In this document: positions 26,926 to 37,549 of the stretch, one piece after another
How positions within the stretch are numbered: the first letter of the stretch is position 1
How the letters are laid out: the number at the start of each line of letters is the position of its first letter
The notes under the pieces: generated by a model
Told to the model about the DNA's origin: nothing
What the model saw: the letters and a program-made list of their open reading frames with translations, nothing else
Database searches by the model: none
Assembly (NCBI GenBank): GCA_050250555.1
Contig: JBFWOK010000005.1
Location: 14,602 to 78,601, forward strand
Length of the DNA: 64,000 nucleotides
Direction of reading: 5' to 3'
Origin: Limisphaerales bacterium
GTDB taxonomy: Bacteria; Verrucomicrobiota; Verrucomicrobiia; Limisphaerales; CAIMTB01
Translations under genes and position numbers: made by a program

Positions 26926-28212
26926 ATGCAGACACGAATTCCAGTATCACTGACGGCCTGGAGGCCAATCATCGGAAGACTGGCGGCCGCCGCGTTGGCG
27001 ACCGGGCTGGCGGGCGCGGCGATCGCGCAACCGGTCGTCGAACGCGGGACGATCTCGAGCGCCGCCCTGGCGGGCAACAAGTTCGGCGACCCAACCAACC
27101 GGGCGTACGCCGTCTACCTGCCGCCGAGTTATGGCCAGGGTTCCCGCCGCTATCCAGTGGTCTTCATGCTCCACGGATGGCAGGGAACCTACGATTCCTT
27201 TCTGGACACTTTCCCGGTCGAATTCGATCGGTTGATTCGCTCCAGGCGAGCCGCCGAAATGATCGCGGTGTTCGTCGACGGAAACAACGCGGTGCGGGGC
27301 TCGTTCTATAGAAACTCCGTGGTGACGGGTGACTACGAGACGTATATCGCCAAGGACCTCGTTGGACAGATCGACACGCGGTATCGAACAATCGGCGATG
27401 TACCCAATCGCGCCATCGCCGGGTATTCCATGGGAGGGTACGGAGCGCTGCATCTGGCCATGAACTATCCCGACATCTTTTCAGTCGCCGCCTCGCACGC
27501 CGGCTACTACGACACCGGCGACTCCGTGACGGACGCCGCTTTGAAGACGATCGCTCGAACGAAACCGGTGACGGCCGGCGCCGTCGCGGGCATGAATCTC
27601 CAGGCGAGCGCCTTGTTCCCGCTGTTGCCCGCGGCCGTGCCGAACCCGGAGAAGCCGCCATTCTATTACGATTCGCCCTACACCTACGAGAACGGTGTGT
27701 ACACCCTCGACACAGACTTGGCTCGTCGTCTCCTGGAGGCGGACATCGTGCACGGCGATTTGCCTCGGTACCTCAGCCAACCGACCCGGCTGCTCGCCAT
27801 GCAGGTCGTTCACGGGACGGCGGACGGGCTTTCTCCGGTTTCCCAGGCCCGGACGCTTCGCGGGAGTCTCGTCGATGGAGGAGTAACACACGTTTACGAG
27901 GAGCACGGGGGCGGGCATGTGTTTCTCCTCGACCGACTAGCGGAGTTCCTGACGAAGAACCTCGCTGGCGCGCAATTGTACATTGATCCACCCAGACTCA
28001 CGCTCGTCGGGCGCGGCACGGGTGCGAAGATCGTTTTTTCCACCTTGGTGGGCGTTGAATACCAGGTTGAGCAAGCCGGGTTGGATCGACCGATCCGGGA
28101 GTGGACCTCGGTGGCGACGATCCAGGGAACCGGGCAAAGCGTCGAGTGGCCGATCCCTCCGCCCACCGGGGCGTTCGTTCTTCGGGTCGTCGCCTCGAAC
28201 AAATCGCCATAG
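26926..28212 (+). CDS. secreted esterase (esterase D / CE1-like alpha/beta hydrolase)
   Basis: Trimmed to ATG 26926. Signal peptide; YPVVFMLHGW; nucleophile elbow GYSMGG. Confidence 0.75.
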   Translation: MQTRIPVSLTAWRPIIGRLAAAALATGLAGAAIAQPVVERGTISSAALAGNKFGDPTNRAYAVYLPPSYGQGSRRYPVVFMLHGWQGTYDSFLDTFPVEFDRLIRSRRAAEMIAVFVDGNNAVRGSFYRNSVVTGDYETYIAKDLVGQIDTRYRTIGDVPNRAIAGYSMGGYGALHLAMNYPDIFSVAASHAGYYDTGDSVTDAALKTIARTKPVTAGAVAGMNLQASALFPLLPAAVPNPEKPPFYYDSPYTYENGVYTLDTDLARRLLEADIVHGDLPRYLSQPTRLLAMQVVHGTADGLSPVSQARTLRGSLVDGGVTHVYEEHGGGHVFLLDRLAEFLTKNLAGAQLYIDPPRLTLVGRGTGAKIVFSTLVGVEYQVEQAGLDRPIREWTSVATIQGTGQSVEWPIPPPTGAFVLRVVASNKSP

Positions 28213-28333
28213 GGGTCAGTTCTTGTTATTGTCGCATCGTCCTTGAGGGATTCGTCACGGCCGGTGTCGGGTGCGGTGGGGCGGGAAACCCCGCTCCCGC
28301 GGAAGGGTGTTGTCAATAACAAGAACTGACCCC
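28212..28333. repeat. 122-bp MITE-like element with 20-bp terminal inverted repeats (copy 2)
   Basis: Same orientation as copy 1. The first 62 nt differ at one position and the last 29 nt are identical; the centre diverges. It starts at the last base of the esterase stop codon. Confidence 0.8.
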
Positions 28334-28384
28334 TTTGCTTTTCCCCTCGGCCGGGAGCGCGGTGGTCGCTAGCGTGCGGGCCGC

Positions 28385-31249
28385 ATGCGACGATTTCCAT
28401 CCGAGCCCCGCGGAGCGCGGCCTCGCGGGAGGTCCCAAACGGCTGCGGGGCTCGCCGCGAAGGGAGCGGCCCCCCTCCTCCTCGTCCCCTGGCTCGTCAT
28501 CGTCGGCCTCGTTGGCGGAAGCCACACGGTGGCGGCGGCCGCGACAGCGCCTGGTCCAGCGGATCATCGAGCGGGGTTTCCATTGCCCGCCGGCGCGGAT
28601 GAAGGCGTGTTCCTGTTGGAGAAGCTTCACTGCGTGGCGTGCCACGGCGGGGGCGCTCTGGCGGAAACGGGCTCCGGCGCCCAGTCAGGTCCCGTCCTCG
28701 GCGACGAGGGACTCCGGCTGACGCCACAATGGATTCGTGGGTGGCTGGGCGACGCACGGGCCGCGCATGCCACGTCGTCGATGCCGGATCTTCTGCACGG
28801 AATGACCGGCCCCGCGAAGGACGAGGTGGTCGAGTCCCTGGTCCATTTTCTCGTTCAAGCACAACCCCGAGGTGAACCCGAACTCATTGGCGCTGATCCT
28901 TCGCGGCTTCGGTTGGGAAGCGATCTCTACCACACCCTGGGCTGCATCGGCTGCCACGCCCCGCAGGAGCGCGTCCCCGGCGCCGCCGACGACGGCGATT
29001 CCGGATCGGATCCCGCCTTGGTGGGTGCGGGAGTGCCCTTCGGCGACCTCGCGCGGAAGTATCCGGCGGCGGAGCTGGCCCGATTCCTCCGGGACCCCGT
29101 GAAGCATCGGCCGTCGGGTCGGATGCCGGGAATGTCGCTGAGCGCGGCCGAGTCCATTGCGATTGCGACCTACCTTTTGCGGGCGCAGGCGCCAGCTTTG
29201 ACGGATTCGCCCAGAAATCTCCGAACGATCGCGGGTCTTCGATGGGAGTATTTCGAGGGATCCTTCGAACGCTGCGCCGATCTCGATGGCGCCACGCCGG
29301 TCGCGACCGGCGAAGCGACGGAGCTGAGCCTTGCCCCGGCGCGACGCGATCAATCGTACGGACTTCGGTTCGAAGGCGTGATCGAGATCGCCACCCGGGG
29401 TGAGTACCGGTTCTGGGTGAGGTCCGACGACGGGACCACCCTCGACCTCGGCGGAACCCGCGTGGTGGACAATGACGGCATCCACGGACCCGAGGTGCGG
29501 CGTGGGACGACTGTTTTGGAACCGGGACCACATCCGTTCGAACTGCGGTTCATCCAGGGCGGAGGGGGAGCCGAGATGTCGGTGGAATGGGCGGGGCCCG
29601 GAATCCAGCGGGGCAAGATTCCCGCCGCCGTGCTGAAGCGGTTCGGGGAACCCCTCGTTCCACTCGGTTCGATGGCGTTCGAGGTCGTGCCGGATCTCGC
29701 GGCGAAGGGACGCGATTGGTTCGGGAAGCTCGGATGCGCGGCGTGCCATTCCGGAATCGAAGCCCCGGTTCGTCCCGCGCGCGATCTGCTGGAACTCGCG
29801 TCGGCGACGATGAACGGGTGTCTGGCCGACGATGTTCCCGCCTCGGCGCCGAAGTACGCGCTGACGTCCGGTGAACGGGCGGCGCTTCGGCGAACGGTGG
29901 CGGAGGGAAGTGCGCGAGGACAACCGCGAACGGCCGAGCGTCAGGTCGCTCGGATTCTGAGCCGTTTCAACTGCCTCGGCTGCCACGAGCGCGATGGCGT
30001 CGGGGGACCGGTGGCGCTCGGGCGGGACGGTTGGTTTCACACGGTTGGCGAAGTCGACCTGGGCGAGGAAGGCCGACTGCCTCCGAGTCTCAGCGGCGTC
30101 GGAGGCAAGTTGAAGGTCCCGTGGATTCGGACCGTGCTTGCCACGGGTCGGAAGGTCCGCCCCTACATGGCGACGCGGATGCCGGTGTTCGGGGAGGCGA
30201 ATGTCGGCGAATTGGCAGCGCTCCTCGAACAGGCGGACGTCCGGCCTGGCGCGCGGGTTGAACCCGAGCTGACGACGCGCGAGGCGAAATGGGGCCGGAA
30301 GCTGGTCGGGCGGGACGGCTTGACCTGCATCACCTGCCACACCTTCACCACGCATGGATCGCTTGGGGTCCCCGCGATCGGTCTGGAACATCTGTACGAT
30401 CGGATCCGGTGGGATTGGATGCGGCGCTATCTTCCCGACCCGGCCGGGCTTCGTCCGGGAACCCGGATGCCCACCTTCTGGCCGGAAGGCGTGGCCGTGA
30501 ACTCCGAGATTCTCGACGGCGACACGGAGTCGCAGATCCGGGCGATCTACGCCTGGCTGAAAGACGGCCCGAAGGCGGATGTGCCCGCGGGACTCGTTCA
30601 GTCCCGACAGGAACTCACGGTGAATGACGAAGCGGTGATCTACCGGAACTTCATTGAAGGGGGCGGTTCCCGAGCGATCGGAGTGGGATATCCGGAGAAG
30701 GCGAATCTCGCCTTCGACGCCAACGATCTTCGGCTCGCGATGATCTGGCAGGGACCGTTCATCGACACCGCGCGGCACAGCAACAACCGCGGTGTGGGAT
30801 ACGAACCGCCATTGGGGGATCACCTGGTTCGATTTCCCGACGGACCGGCCTTGGCTCCGCTGAGCGCCCCGGACGCACCTTGGCCGGCTCCGCTACCACG
30901 CGGCGAAGGGGGCCGATTTCGCGGGTACGAGCTCGATGAAGTCCGGCGCCCGACCTTCGAGTACGCGGTCGGGAATGTGCGGGTCCGGGATTCGATCCTT
31001 CCAAGGGCCGAAGGCGTCGATATCACCCTCGTGCGGACCCTGCGCCTGGATGGCGCCGCCGTGGGCGAAAGACTGTGGTTCCGAGCCGCCAAGGGAGACG
31101 TGACCCGCCTTCCCGACGGGACCTTCCGATACGGCAACGGCGTGTTCCTCCGGTTTCGAGGCGGCGGAGGAGAGCCCGTTCTTGTGGCGGATGAACTTCG
31201 GGTCCCGATCATGGTTCCCGGCGAACTCGTGGAGGAGATCACATGGTAG
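28385..31249 (+). CDS. membrane-anchored multi-haem c-type cytochrome with embedded PA14 domain
   Basis: Five CxxCH motifs (CVACH, CIGCH, CAACH, CLGCH, CITCH). PA14-like block [33 protein letters not shown] sits between the second and third haem motifs. Confidence 0.8.
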   Translation: MRRFPSEPRGARPRGRSQTAAGLAAKGAAPLLLVPWLVIVGLVGGSHTVAAAATAPGPADHRAGFPLPAGADEGVFLLEKLHCVACHGGGALAETGSGAQSGPVLGDEGLRLTPQWIRGWLGDARAAHATSSMPDLLHGMTGPAKDEVVESLVHFLVQAQPRGEPELIGADPSRLRLGSDLYHTLGCIGCHAPQERVPGAADDGDSGSDPALVGAGVPFGDLARKYPAAELARFLRDPVKHRPSGRMPGMSLSAAESIAIATYLLRAQAPALTDSPRNLRTIAGLRWEYFEGSFERCADLDGATPVATGEATELSLAPARRDQSYGLRFEGVIEIATRGEYRFWVRSDDGTTLDLGGTRVVDNDGIHGPEVRRGTTVLEPGPHPFELRFIQGGGGAEMSVEWAGPGIQRGKIPAAVLKRFGEPLVPLGSMAFEVVPDLAAKGRDWFGKLGCAACHSGIEAPVRPARDLLELASATMNGCLADDVPASAPKYALTSGERAALRRTVAEGSARGQPRTAERQVARILSRFNCLGCHERDGVGGPVALGRDGWFHTVGEVDLGEEGRLPPSLSGVGGKLKVPWIRTVLATGRKVRPYMATRMPVFGEANVGELAALLEQADVRPGARVEPELTTREAKWGRKLVGRDGLTCITCHTFTTHGSLGVPAIGLEHLYDRIRWDWMRRYLPDPAGLRPGTRMPTFWPEGVAVNSEILDGDTESQIRAIYAWLKDGPKADVPAGLVQSRQELTVNDEAVIYRNFIEGGGSRAIGVGYPEKANLAFDANDLRLAMIWQGPFIDTARHSNNRGVGYEPPLGDHLVRFPDGPALAPLSAPDAPWPAPLPRGEGGRFRGYELDEVRRPTFEYAVGNVRVRDSILPRAEGVDITLVRTLRLDGAAVGERLWFRAAKGDVTRLPDGTFRYGNGVFLRFRGGGGEPVLVADELRVPIMVPGELVEEITW

Positions 31250-32754
31250 GACCACGTCGAAGACTTGGATGCGTCGGAACCGCTTTTCTCGGCCTCGGCC
31301 TTGTCTTCGGGACAGGCGGCCCGCTGGAGGCGGCGACGAAATCCTCGGAGGAGAACGAGTACTACCGGCTGAGCACGATCCCCGTCCCCGAGGGGATCGT
31401 GCTCGAACCGGGTGCGATCCAGGCGTTCGGGGAACGGGGTGACCGGCTGGCGGTGTCCACGCGGCTCGGCGAAATCTGGTTCGTCGACGGCGCCTTCGCG
31501 GACGTTCCCGAACCACCCGAACTGAAATTCACCATGTTTGCGTCGGGCCTTCACGAGGTCCTGGGACTGACGACGCGGGGGGATGGCTGGTGGTACGCGA
31601 CGCAGCGCGGTGAAGTCACCCGACTGAAGGACACCCACGGCGACGGAAGGGCGGACGTGTTCGAGACCTATTCCGACGGCTGGGGGATCACGGGGGATTA
31701 CCACGAGTACGCGTTCGGTTCGAAATTCGACCGGGACGGCGCCCTCTGGCTCGTCCTTTGTCTCACGGGTTCCTTCACCAGCGAGACGGAGTTCCGGGGT
31801 TGGTGTTTGCGGGTGGGTCCGGATCGGAAGGCTGTGCCCACGGTGAGCGGGATTCGGTCGCCGGGTGGCATCGCGACGAATTCCGTGGGGGACATGTTTT
31901 ACACCGACAACCAAGGGCCCTGGAACGGCACCTGTTGGTTGAAGCACCTGAAGCCGGGTGGATTCGTCGGGAATCCGACCGGGAACAGGTGGTATTCGAT
32001 CGCTCCCGAAATGGGGCCGCGTCCCAAGGATCCATCGAGCAACAGCCGGATCCTGACCGAATGGAAGAAGATGCCGGAATTCGTGCCGCCCGCGGTCGGG
32101 TTCCCGTACGGCAAGATGGGGCAGAGCGCGAGTGGGATTCAGAATGACGGGACCGGAGGCCGGTTTGGTCCGTTCACCCACCAGGTCTTCGTGGGTGACC
32201 AGACGTGGAGCACGGTCATGCGGGTCTTCCTGGAACAGGTGGACGGTGTCTATCAGGGCGCGTGTTTCCCGTTCCGCGAGGGACTCGCATCGGGGACTTT
32301 GAGCCTCGAATTCGCGCCGGACGGTTCCCTGATCTGTGGCGGGACCGATCGCGGCTGGGGATCCCGCGGCGGCAAGCCGTTCGCCCTGCAACGCCTCGTC
32401 TGGACGGGCCGGACCCCATTCGAGATCCATGAAATGCGCGCGCGCGCGGACGGCTTCGAACTCACCTTCACCGAACCGGTGGATCCCGCGACCGCGGGCC
32501 GGGTCGAATCGTACTCGGTCCAGACGTACACCTATCTCTACCGCGCTGAGTACGGATCACCCGAGGTCGATGCCACACGGCCGGAGTTGAAGTCGGCCAA
32601 AGTCGCGGCGGACGGGCGAAGCATCCGCCTCGAACTCGACTTGGTTCCGGGGCACATCCACGAACTCAAACTGCCGGGGGTGCGGTCCGCGGTGGGAGCG
32701 CCCCTTCTGCATCCCGTGGGCTACTACACCCTGAACGTGATTCCGGGGAAGTGA
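31243..32754 (+). CDS. beta-propeller dehydrogenase-like protein (glucose/sorbosone dehydrogenase / membrane-bound dehydrogenase domain)
   Basis: Signal peptide; [58 protein letters not shown]. The start overlaps the cytochrome stop by 7 bp. Confidence 0.65.
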   Translation: MVGPRRRLGCVGTAFLGLGLVFGTGGPLEAATKSSEENEYYRLSTIPVPEGIVLEPGAIQAFGERGDRLAVSTRLGEIWFVDGAFADVPEPPELKFTMFASGLHEVLGLTTRGDGWWYATQRGEVTRLKDTHGDGRADVFETYSDGWGITGDYHEYAFGSKFDRDGALWLVLCLTGSFTSETEFRGWCLRVGPDRKAVPTVSGIRSPGGIATNSVGDMFYTDNQGPWNGTCWLKHLKPGGFVGNPTGNRWYSIAPEMGPRPKDPSSNSRILTEWKKMPEFVPPAVGFPYGKMGQSASGIQNDGTGGRFGPFTHQVFVGDQTWSTVMRVFLEQVDGVYQGACFPFREGLASGTLSLEFAPDGSLICGGTDRGWGSRGGKPFALQRLVWTGRTPFEIHEMRARADGFELTFTEPVDPATAGRVESYSVQTYTYLYRAEYGSPEVDATRPELKSAKVAADGRSIRLELDLVPGHIHELKLPGVRSAVGAPLLHPVGYYTLNVIPGK

Positions 32755-32851
32755 GGGAAGTGGAGCCCGGCTGGGGGTCCGACTTTCAGTCGACGCCATT
32801 TTTCCTTCCGTACCAGTTGAAAAACGACGGCGATCCCGTCAGGAGAAGGGC

Positions 32852-33784
32852 ATGCGAACGGTCTGGTGTCTGATTCTGGCGTGGGCGGGATGCGTGGGGC
32901 TCGGAACCCGTGCGGGTGCGGCGGATGACAAGCCCGCTGACGGCGGCCTTCTCGCGATCGAGCGTCAGGTGACCCACGGGTACGCGACGAACAACGGAGT
33001 CCGGCTGCACTACGCGGCGATGGGTGACGGGCCATTGACCGTGATGATCCACGGGTTTCCCGATTGCTGGCTCACCTGGCGCGAGCAGATGCCGGCGCTG
33101 GCGCGCGACCGACGCGTGGTGGCGATGGATCTCCGGGGATTCAATCTCAGCGACCGCCCGGACGGGGACGAGAACTACGACGTCTCGGTCCTGATCGCCG
33201 ATGTGGCGGCGGTCATCCGCGCGAACGGCGCCGAGCGGGCCGTGGTGGTCGGACATGACTGGGGGGGCGCGATCGCGTGGAGTTTCGCGATGGCCCATCC
33301 GGAGATGACGGAGAAGCTTGCGGTGCTGAACCTGCCGCACCCTCGTGGAATTGCGCGCGAATTGGCGCGGAATCCGGAGCAACAGCGGAACAGCGCCTAC
33401 GCGCGGGGATTCCAGCAACCGGGCGCCCACACGAACCTGACCGCCGAAGGCCTGGCGTTCTGGGTCAGGGATCCGGCCGCGAAGCCGCGGTACGTCGAGG
33501 CGTTCAAGCGCTCCGACTTCAAGGCCATGCTGGCGTACTATCGGAGGAATTATCCGCGCGAACCCTACCAGGAGGACACGTCTCCCGTGGTGAAGGTCCA
33601 ATGCCCGGTCCTGCTGATCCACGGCCTGAAGGATCAGGCCCTGCTACATCCCGCCCTGAACGGCAACTGGGAGTGGGTGGACAACGACCTCACCCTCGTG
33701 ACGATTCCAAGCGCGGATCACTGGGTTCAACAGGATGCGTCCGACCTGGTCACACGCAGTCTCCTGGCGTGGTTGGGTAGGTGA
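32852..33784 (+). CDS. secreted alpha/beta hydrolase (epoxide hydrolase / haloalkane dehalogenase-like)
   Basis: Signal peptide; [10 protein letters not shown] (HGFP oxyanion motif) and [12 protein letters not shown] nucleophile motif. Confidence 0.8.
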   Translation: MRTVWCLILAWAGCVGLGTRAGAADDKPADGGLLAIERQVTHGYATNNGVRLHYAAMGDGPLTVMIHGFPDCWLTWREQMPALARDRRVVAMDLRGFNLSDRPDGDENYDVSVLIADVAAVIRANGAERAVVVGHDWGGAIAWSFAMAHPEMTEKLAVLNLPHPRGIARELARNPEQQRNSAYARGFQQPGAHTNLTAEGLAFWVRDPAAKPRYVEAFKRSDFKAMLAYYRRNYPREPYQEDTSPVVKVQCPVLLIHGLKDQALLHPALNGNWEWVDNDLTLVTIPSADHWVQQDASDLVTRSLLAWLGR

Positions 33785-33826
33785 ATTCCCGGAGGGCTTC
33801 TCCCTTCATCCCGGAAACGCCGGCAC

Positions 33827-33956
33827 CAACCACGGAAAGGGCGGAACACACGGAAGGGGAGCGAACCTTTGAAGGGGGCGGTGGGTTAGTCGTGCGTGCC
33901 CAGGACTCTCTCGGCACCCCGCCTTCATTCCGTGCTTTCCGAATCCTCCGTGGTTG
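33827..33956. repeat. long imperfect hairpin built from CACGGAAG-type units (same family as 1934-2057)
   Basis: CAACCACGGA (33827-36) pairs perfectly with TCCGTGGTTG (33947-56). Inner CACGGAA/TTCCGTG helix. Lies between two convergent genes. Confidence 0.55.
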
Positions 33957-33974
33957 TCGCCGCCGTTTTCGGGA

Positions 33975-35900
33975 TCATTCCGGGGCGGTCGGCCACGACT
34001 GTTTGGCGGCGAAGTTGTACGGAAGGATCTCCTGGTTGAGAACCGCGTTCGGCCATCGGCTTCGGACGATCCGGGGTCGGGGTCCGGCTTCGATGCGTTC
34101 GCGCAAAGCGACGGGAACCTCGAAGCGGAGATAGTCCGTGAAATCACCCTCGAACCGCCGAGGCCAGCCGACTCCGAGCGCGTGATCGGCCAGCCTTCGA
34201 CCCGAGCTGTTCAGCCGGCTCCAGTGGCTTCGCAAGGTGGGTGGAATCTCCGACAACCGACCGTCGGAGCCCACCGGGATGCTCCCGTGTTTTCCCCATT
34301 CGACGGCGACACGCGGCGCTTCGCCCTCCAGCGGCCGGCTGAGGATCCGGGAGTGAAAGTAGGTGTGCACGGCGACGTTCCGACCGGTGGCGGGATCGAA
34401 CTCGACCCAGATCACCTCGTGATCGCACGGATCGTTGTCCTCGGGGAAATCGAGGTCGTCCTCCCAGAACAAGTGATACCCCAGCCAGGGCCGTTCCGGA
34501 TGGATCACGACCGCGACGTCCCGAAGTCGGAAGGGTTCCTCGGGATGAATCAGAAGCACGGGCGCCAGCCGTTTCGCGCGTTCGACGTCGTCGGGAGTCC
34601 CCGGCGACGAGGGATCGAGGGCAAGCGCCCGGGCGTAATGTCCTGAGGCTTCCCCCAGGCATCGGCGCTGGTGCGCCAACTCGCCGAGGCGGACCTGAAT
34701 CGCCGGGGTCTCCAAAGCCATGGCCTCCATATCCCGGTCGGAGGACAATCCGCCCCCGGTGACCGGATTCGCGCGGGCGACATAGCCTCCCGGCAACCGC
34801 ACCAGGTAAGGGCTGAACGAAAGGTTGGGTTCCGGATAGTCCGTGCTGACGAACTGCGCGCCGCTGGCCAGGGCGCGGTCCCTCTGGGAACCGTCATTCG
34901 TCCGGGCCTGGACCGTCCCGGCGTCGGCGCGTGTCCGGACCAGGAACCCCTCGCGCACGAGTTCCTGGATCTCATCGAAGCGCCCGATCGGATCGTTGAT
35001 CTTCATCCAGGCGGCCGCCGGGTGGTCCCTGGGAACCGAGACGAACAGCGCTTTCCCGCCGAGATTCATCGCATCGCCGATGTACCGGTCCCGAACCCTG
35101 CCCTCGTTGTCGAGGGCGAAGATGAATTTCCCCAGCAGTGCCGACACCTCGGGCCAACCCCTTCCCTTCACGGCATCCCGAAGCGTGGCATGGCTTCCGC
35201 GAAGCTGGTCCGGCTCGAACCGTTGCCGAGCCGGAAGCGTCTCGCGAATCTCCCGTTCGAGCCCAGCCATCGCCTCGACGGTGAACGGCGAAACCGGTGT
35301 GAACTCCGATCCGAGCGAATCCTCCTTCAGCTCGAGCAGAACGAGGACGGGGAAATGAAAAGGGTGCGCCGCCGACCAGTCACGAAGCTCGATCAGGGCA
35401 TCCTTGAAGGTGAGATTGCGCGAGAGAAAATCGACGTCGGGAACGTGGATGATCTTCAGGCCCGGCTGCCGCAGGACGCCCTCCGGATCGTGCGGGATGG
35501 TCGGGGTCCCGGATTCCTCCAGCGCGATTTTCGGTCCCCGCGGTTCGGCGAAGCGCCCGCCGTCGGGGTCGGCGACGAGGTCGAGTTCCAGCTGCCGGAT
35601 GCCCAGCGTCCCGAGTTGTTCCCGCAGAGGCCGATGCGTGTAGGCGAGCGAGTCGGCCGTCGACGCGCTCTTCCGGCGGATCAGCGCGTCCATGACCGGC
35701 CCGGGCGCCACGTGGTAGGAATTGTGGGTGCCGATGACCTGGCACTGGTCGAGACGGACCCCGGACGTGGCCCCGGACGTGGTTCCGGTCAGTGACAGAA
35801 GCCCGATCGATCCGACCTGGAGAACGAAACGACCCAGACCACGACGGGACAAGAACGAGGGTCTCATGAGGCCCGACTGGTACCGGGTTCTATCGCCCAA
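33975..35900 (-). CDS. PI-PLC X-domain-like (Ca-dependent phosphoinositide phospholipase C-like) protein with unknown C-terminal half
   Basis: VIGTHNSYH..LELDL motif region after an RR-containing signal-like N-terminus. ATG 35867 is an alternative start. The C-terminal ~260 aa carry no recognisable motif. Confidence 0.6.
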   Translation of the reverse strand: MGDRTRYQSGLMRPSFLSRRGLGRFVLQVGSIGLLSLTGTTSGATSGVRLDQCQVIGTHNSYHVAPGPVMDALIRRKSASTADSLAYTHRPLREQLGTLGIRQLELDLVADPDGGRFAEPRGPKIALEESGTPTIPHDPEGVLRQPGLKIIHVPDVDFLSRNLTFKDALIELRDWSAAHPFHFPVLVLLELKEDSLGSEFTPVSPFTVEAMAGLEREIRETLPARQRFEPDQLRGSHATLRDAVKGRGWPEVSALLGKFIFALDNEGRVRDRYIGDAMNLGGKALFVSVPRDHPAAAWMKINDPIGRFDEIQELVREGFLVRTRADAGTVQARTNDGSQRDRALASGAQFVSTDYPEPNLSFSPYLVRLPGGYVARANPVTGGGLSSDRDMEAMALETPAIQVRLGELAHQRRCLGEASGHYARALALDPSSPGTPDDVERAKRLAPVLLIHPEEPFRLRDVAVVIHPERPWLGYHLFWEDDLDFPEDNDPCDHEVIWVEFDPATGRNVAVHTYFHSRILSRPLEGEAPRVAVEWGKHGSIPVGSDGRLSEIPPTLRSHWSRLNSSGRRLADHALGVGWPRRFEGDFTDYLRFEVPVALRERIEAGPRPRIVRSRWPNAVLNQEILPYNFAAKQSWPTAPE

Positions 35901-36071
35901 GGCGAGACACCTTCGGTCACGATCCGGCGGAGGTCAGCGCCCTGCCCTCGTTCCTCGGCGCGGAGCGCCACCGTGACCGCGAACAGCATCGTACTACGTA
36001 CGATCGATGCTCCCCTCCTTCTCAGGACCCGCGACTTTCCAAGGCAAGGGGGGGAAGGGAGGGATGGGGAA

Positions 36072-36145
36072 TGGCTGTCCGGCATGGATTCGAACCATGA
36101 CAAACTCCTCCAAAGGGAGTTGTGCTACCATTACACCACCGGACA
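36072..36145 (-). tRNA. tRNA-Gln (anticodon UUG), CCA encoded
   Basis: Hand-folded cloverleaf. Acceptor TGTCCGG/CCGGACA, D arm GTGT-AATGGTA-GCAC. Anticodon arm ACTCC-CTTTGGA-GGAGT gives anticodon TTG. T arm CATGG-TTCGAAT-CCATG, discriminator G, CCA. 74 nt in total. Confidence 0.9.
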
Positions 36146-36288
36146 AACAGAGCGGGGGTTAAGCTGAAAGGCCCGACGCATCGCGCCAAGAAAAATTTTC
36201 GGGCTTTGACGGCGCATCCAGGGAGGTCTATCTAGGCGGAGTCCGATCATCGCCTCTCCTGCCCTGACCCGCCTTTCCTCCGCACAGC

Positions 36289-37491
36289 ATGAAACCGATC
36301 ACCTTCCGGAAAAGCCTCGTGACGTTGGCGTGCGCCGCCAGCGTGTCGGCCTCGGGCGCCCTGAAACCCGAAGGGGACAAGATTGAATTCTCCCCGCCCC
36401 GCGAGGTGTTGAAGGTCGCGCCGGTCACCGGGTCCGATCTGAGCGGGCCGACGTTCAATTTCCAGCGAAGGGATCCCGGCGCTTCCGTGTCGGACGTCCC
36501 CGCGGCCGTCGCCCTTCCGGCTCCGGACCAGGTGAACCGGATGCGGGCGCTCCAGGAAATGATCGAGCAAAGGAACTCCTGGGCGCGGCCTGGCGATCTG
36601 GATTCGGAAAGAGACACCGACCTGAACAGCCTGAACAGCCGTTACCTCGGCTCGGAATCCGAGCTCTCGATCGACGATCTGTTCGACCGTCAGTCGGGGA
36701 AGCCCGGCGGAGGCCTCTCGAGGGATGGCGACAGCAGCGCATCCCCCTACGGCCGGAACCGGGAACGCGAGGAACGATTCGACGGTTCGTCGCGGGATCG
36801 GCGGGGAATGAACAACCGAAACCTCGACGACCGCAGCCGGAACCAGGATCGCGACGCGCGGGACCGGACTGGTGGCGAGAGGGATCCCCTGATCGATGGC
36901 CCTCTGTCGGTCTCCGAATCCGGGGCGGACCTATTGGAGTCCGGTCGGTATCGCAGGGACGGAAGTGGTCCCAGCGCCGATCCGAATGAACGCGATCGCG
37001 AGCGGCGCGGTGCTTCGGAAGGACTTTTCGAGTTCGGATCGAGGGACAACAAGATGGGCGACTTCCTTCGGGCCTCGACCCGCGAGAACTCCGACACACC
37101 GGAGCACCTGGATTCTTTGCGCCGCGTCCTGGGGGGATCCGCCAATTCGATCCTCGGAACTCCGAACGGAACCCGGTCTGGATTCGGGGCGGGCGCCGCC
37201 GGAGGAGGGATGTTTGGGATGCCGGGCGCGACCCCGGGAGGGAATCGCAATCTTCTGCAGACCCTCGATTCGCGGCCCGGCGCAGGCGGAGTCGTCCCCG
37301 CCGCCGAAGGGCCCGGAACAGGCGACCGCATGACCAGCCTCCCGAATCGGCCCCTCGGACTCGAACTCACGACCGGTCGGGAAGGATTCAGCAGCCGGAG
37401 CGAAAGGATGCAACTCACGGCCCCTCCCCCGTCGCCCATGGAACTGTTCCGCCGGAAGCACGATCCGCGGATCCCATCGCGCGATTTCTGA
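36289..37491 (+). CDS. secreted low-complexity (Arg/Asp/Gly/Ser-rich, probably disordered) protein
   Basis: Signal peptide MKPITFRKSLVTLACAASVSASG. The rest is compositionally biased (RDRRGMNNRNLDDRSRNQDRDARDR..). Coding status is supported only by ORF length and the signal peptide. Confidence 0.5.
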   Translation: MKPITFRKSLVTLACAASVSASGALKPEGDKIEFSPPREVLKVAPVTGSDLSGPTFNFQRRDPGASVSDVPAAVALPAPDQVNRMRALQEMIEQRNSWARPGDLDSERDTDLNSLNSRYLGSESELSIDDLFDRQSGKPGGGLSRDGDSSASPYGRNREREERFDGSSRDRRGMNNRNLDDRSRNQDRDARDRTGGERDPLIDGPLSVSESGADLLESGRYRRDGSGPSADPNERDRERRGASEGLFEFGSRDNKMGDFLRASTRENSDTPEHLDSLRRVLGGSANSILGTPNGTRSGFGAGAAGGGMFGMPGATPGGNRNLLQTLDSRPGAGGVVPAAEGPGTGDRMTSLPNRPLGLELTTGREGFSSRSERMQLTAPPPSPMELFRRKHDPRIPSRDF

Positions 37492-37549
37492 CGACGCGAC
37501 CCGACCGGATTGGGGGGTGGGTTTTGCCGGTTCCGGTTCGAACGGCTCG

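Noticed and set aside
28685-32430. Two long minus-strand ORFs (712 aa and 536 aa) opposite the cytochrome and propeller genes
   Set aside because: They have no motifs and a biased Arg/Pro/Gly composition. The plus strand carries five CxxCH motifs, a PA14 domain and propeller motifs.
36072-36145. tRNA-Gln as an integration site for a genomic island
   Set aside because: I saw no integrase, no duplicated tRNA 3' fragment nearby and no obvious compositional break on either side. The neighbouring genes look chromosomal.
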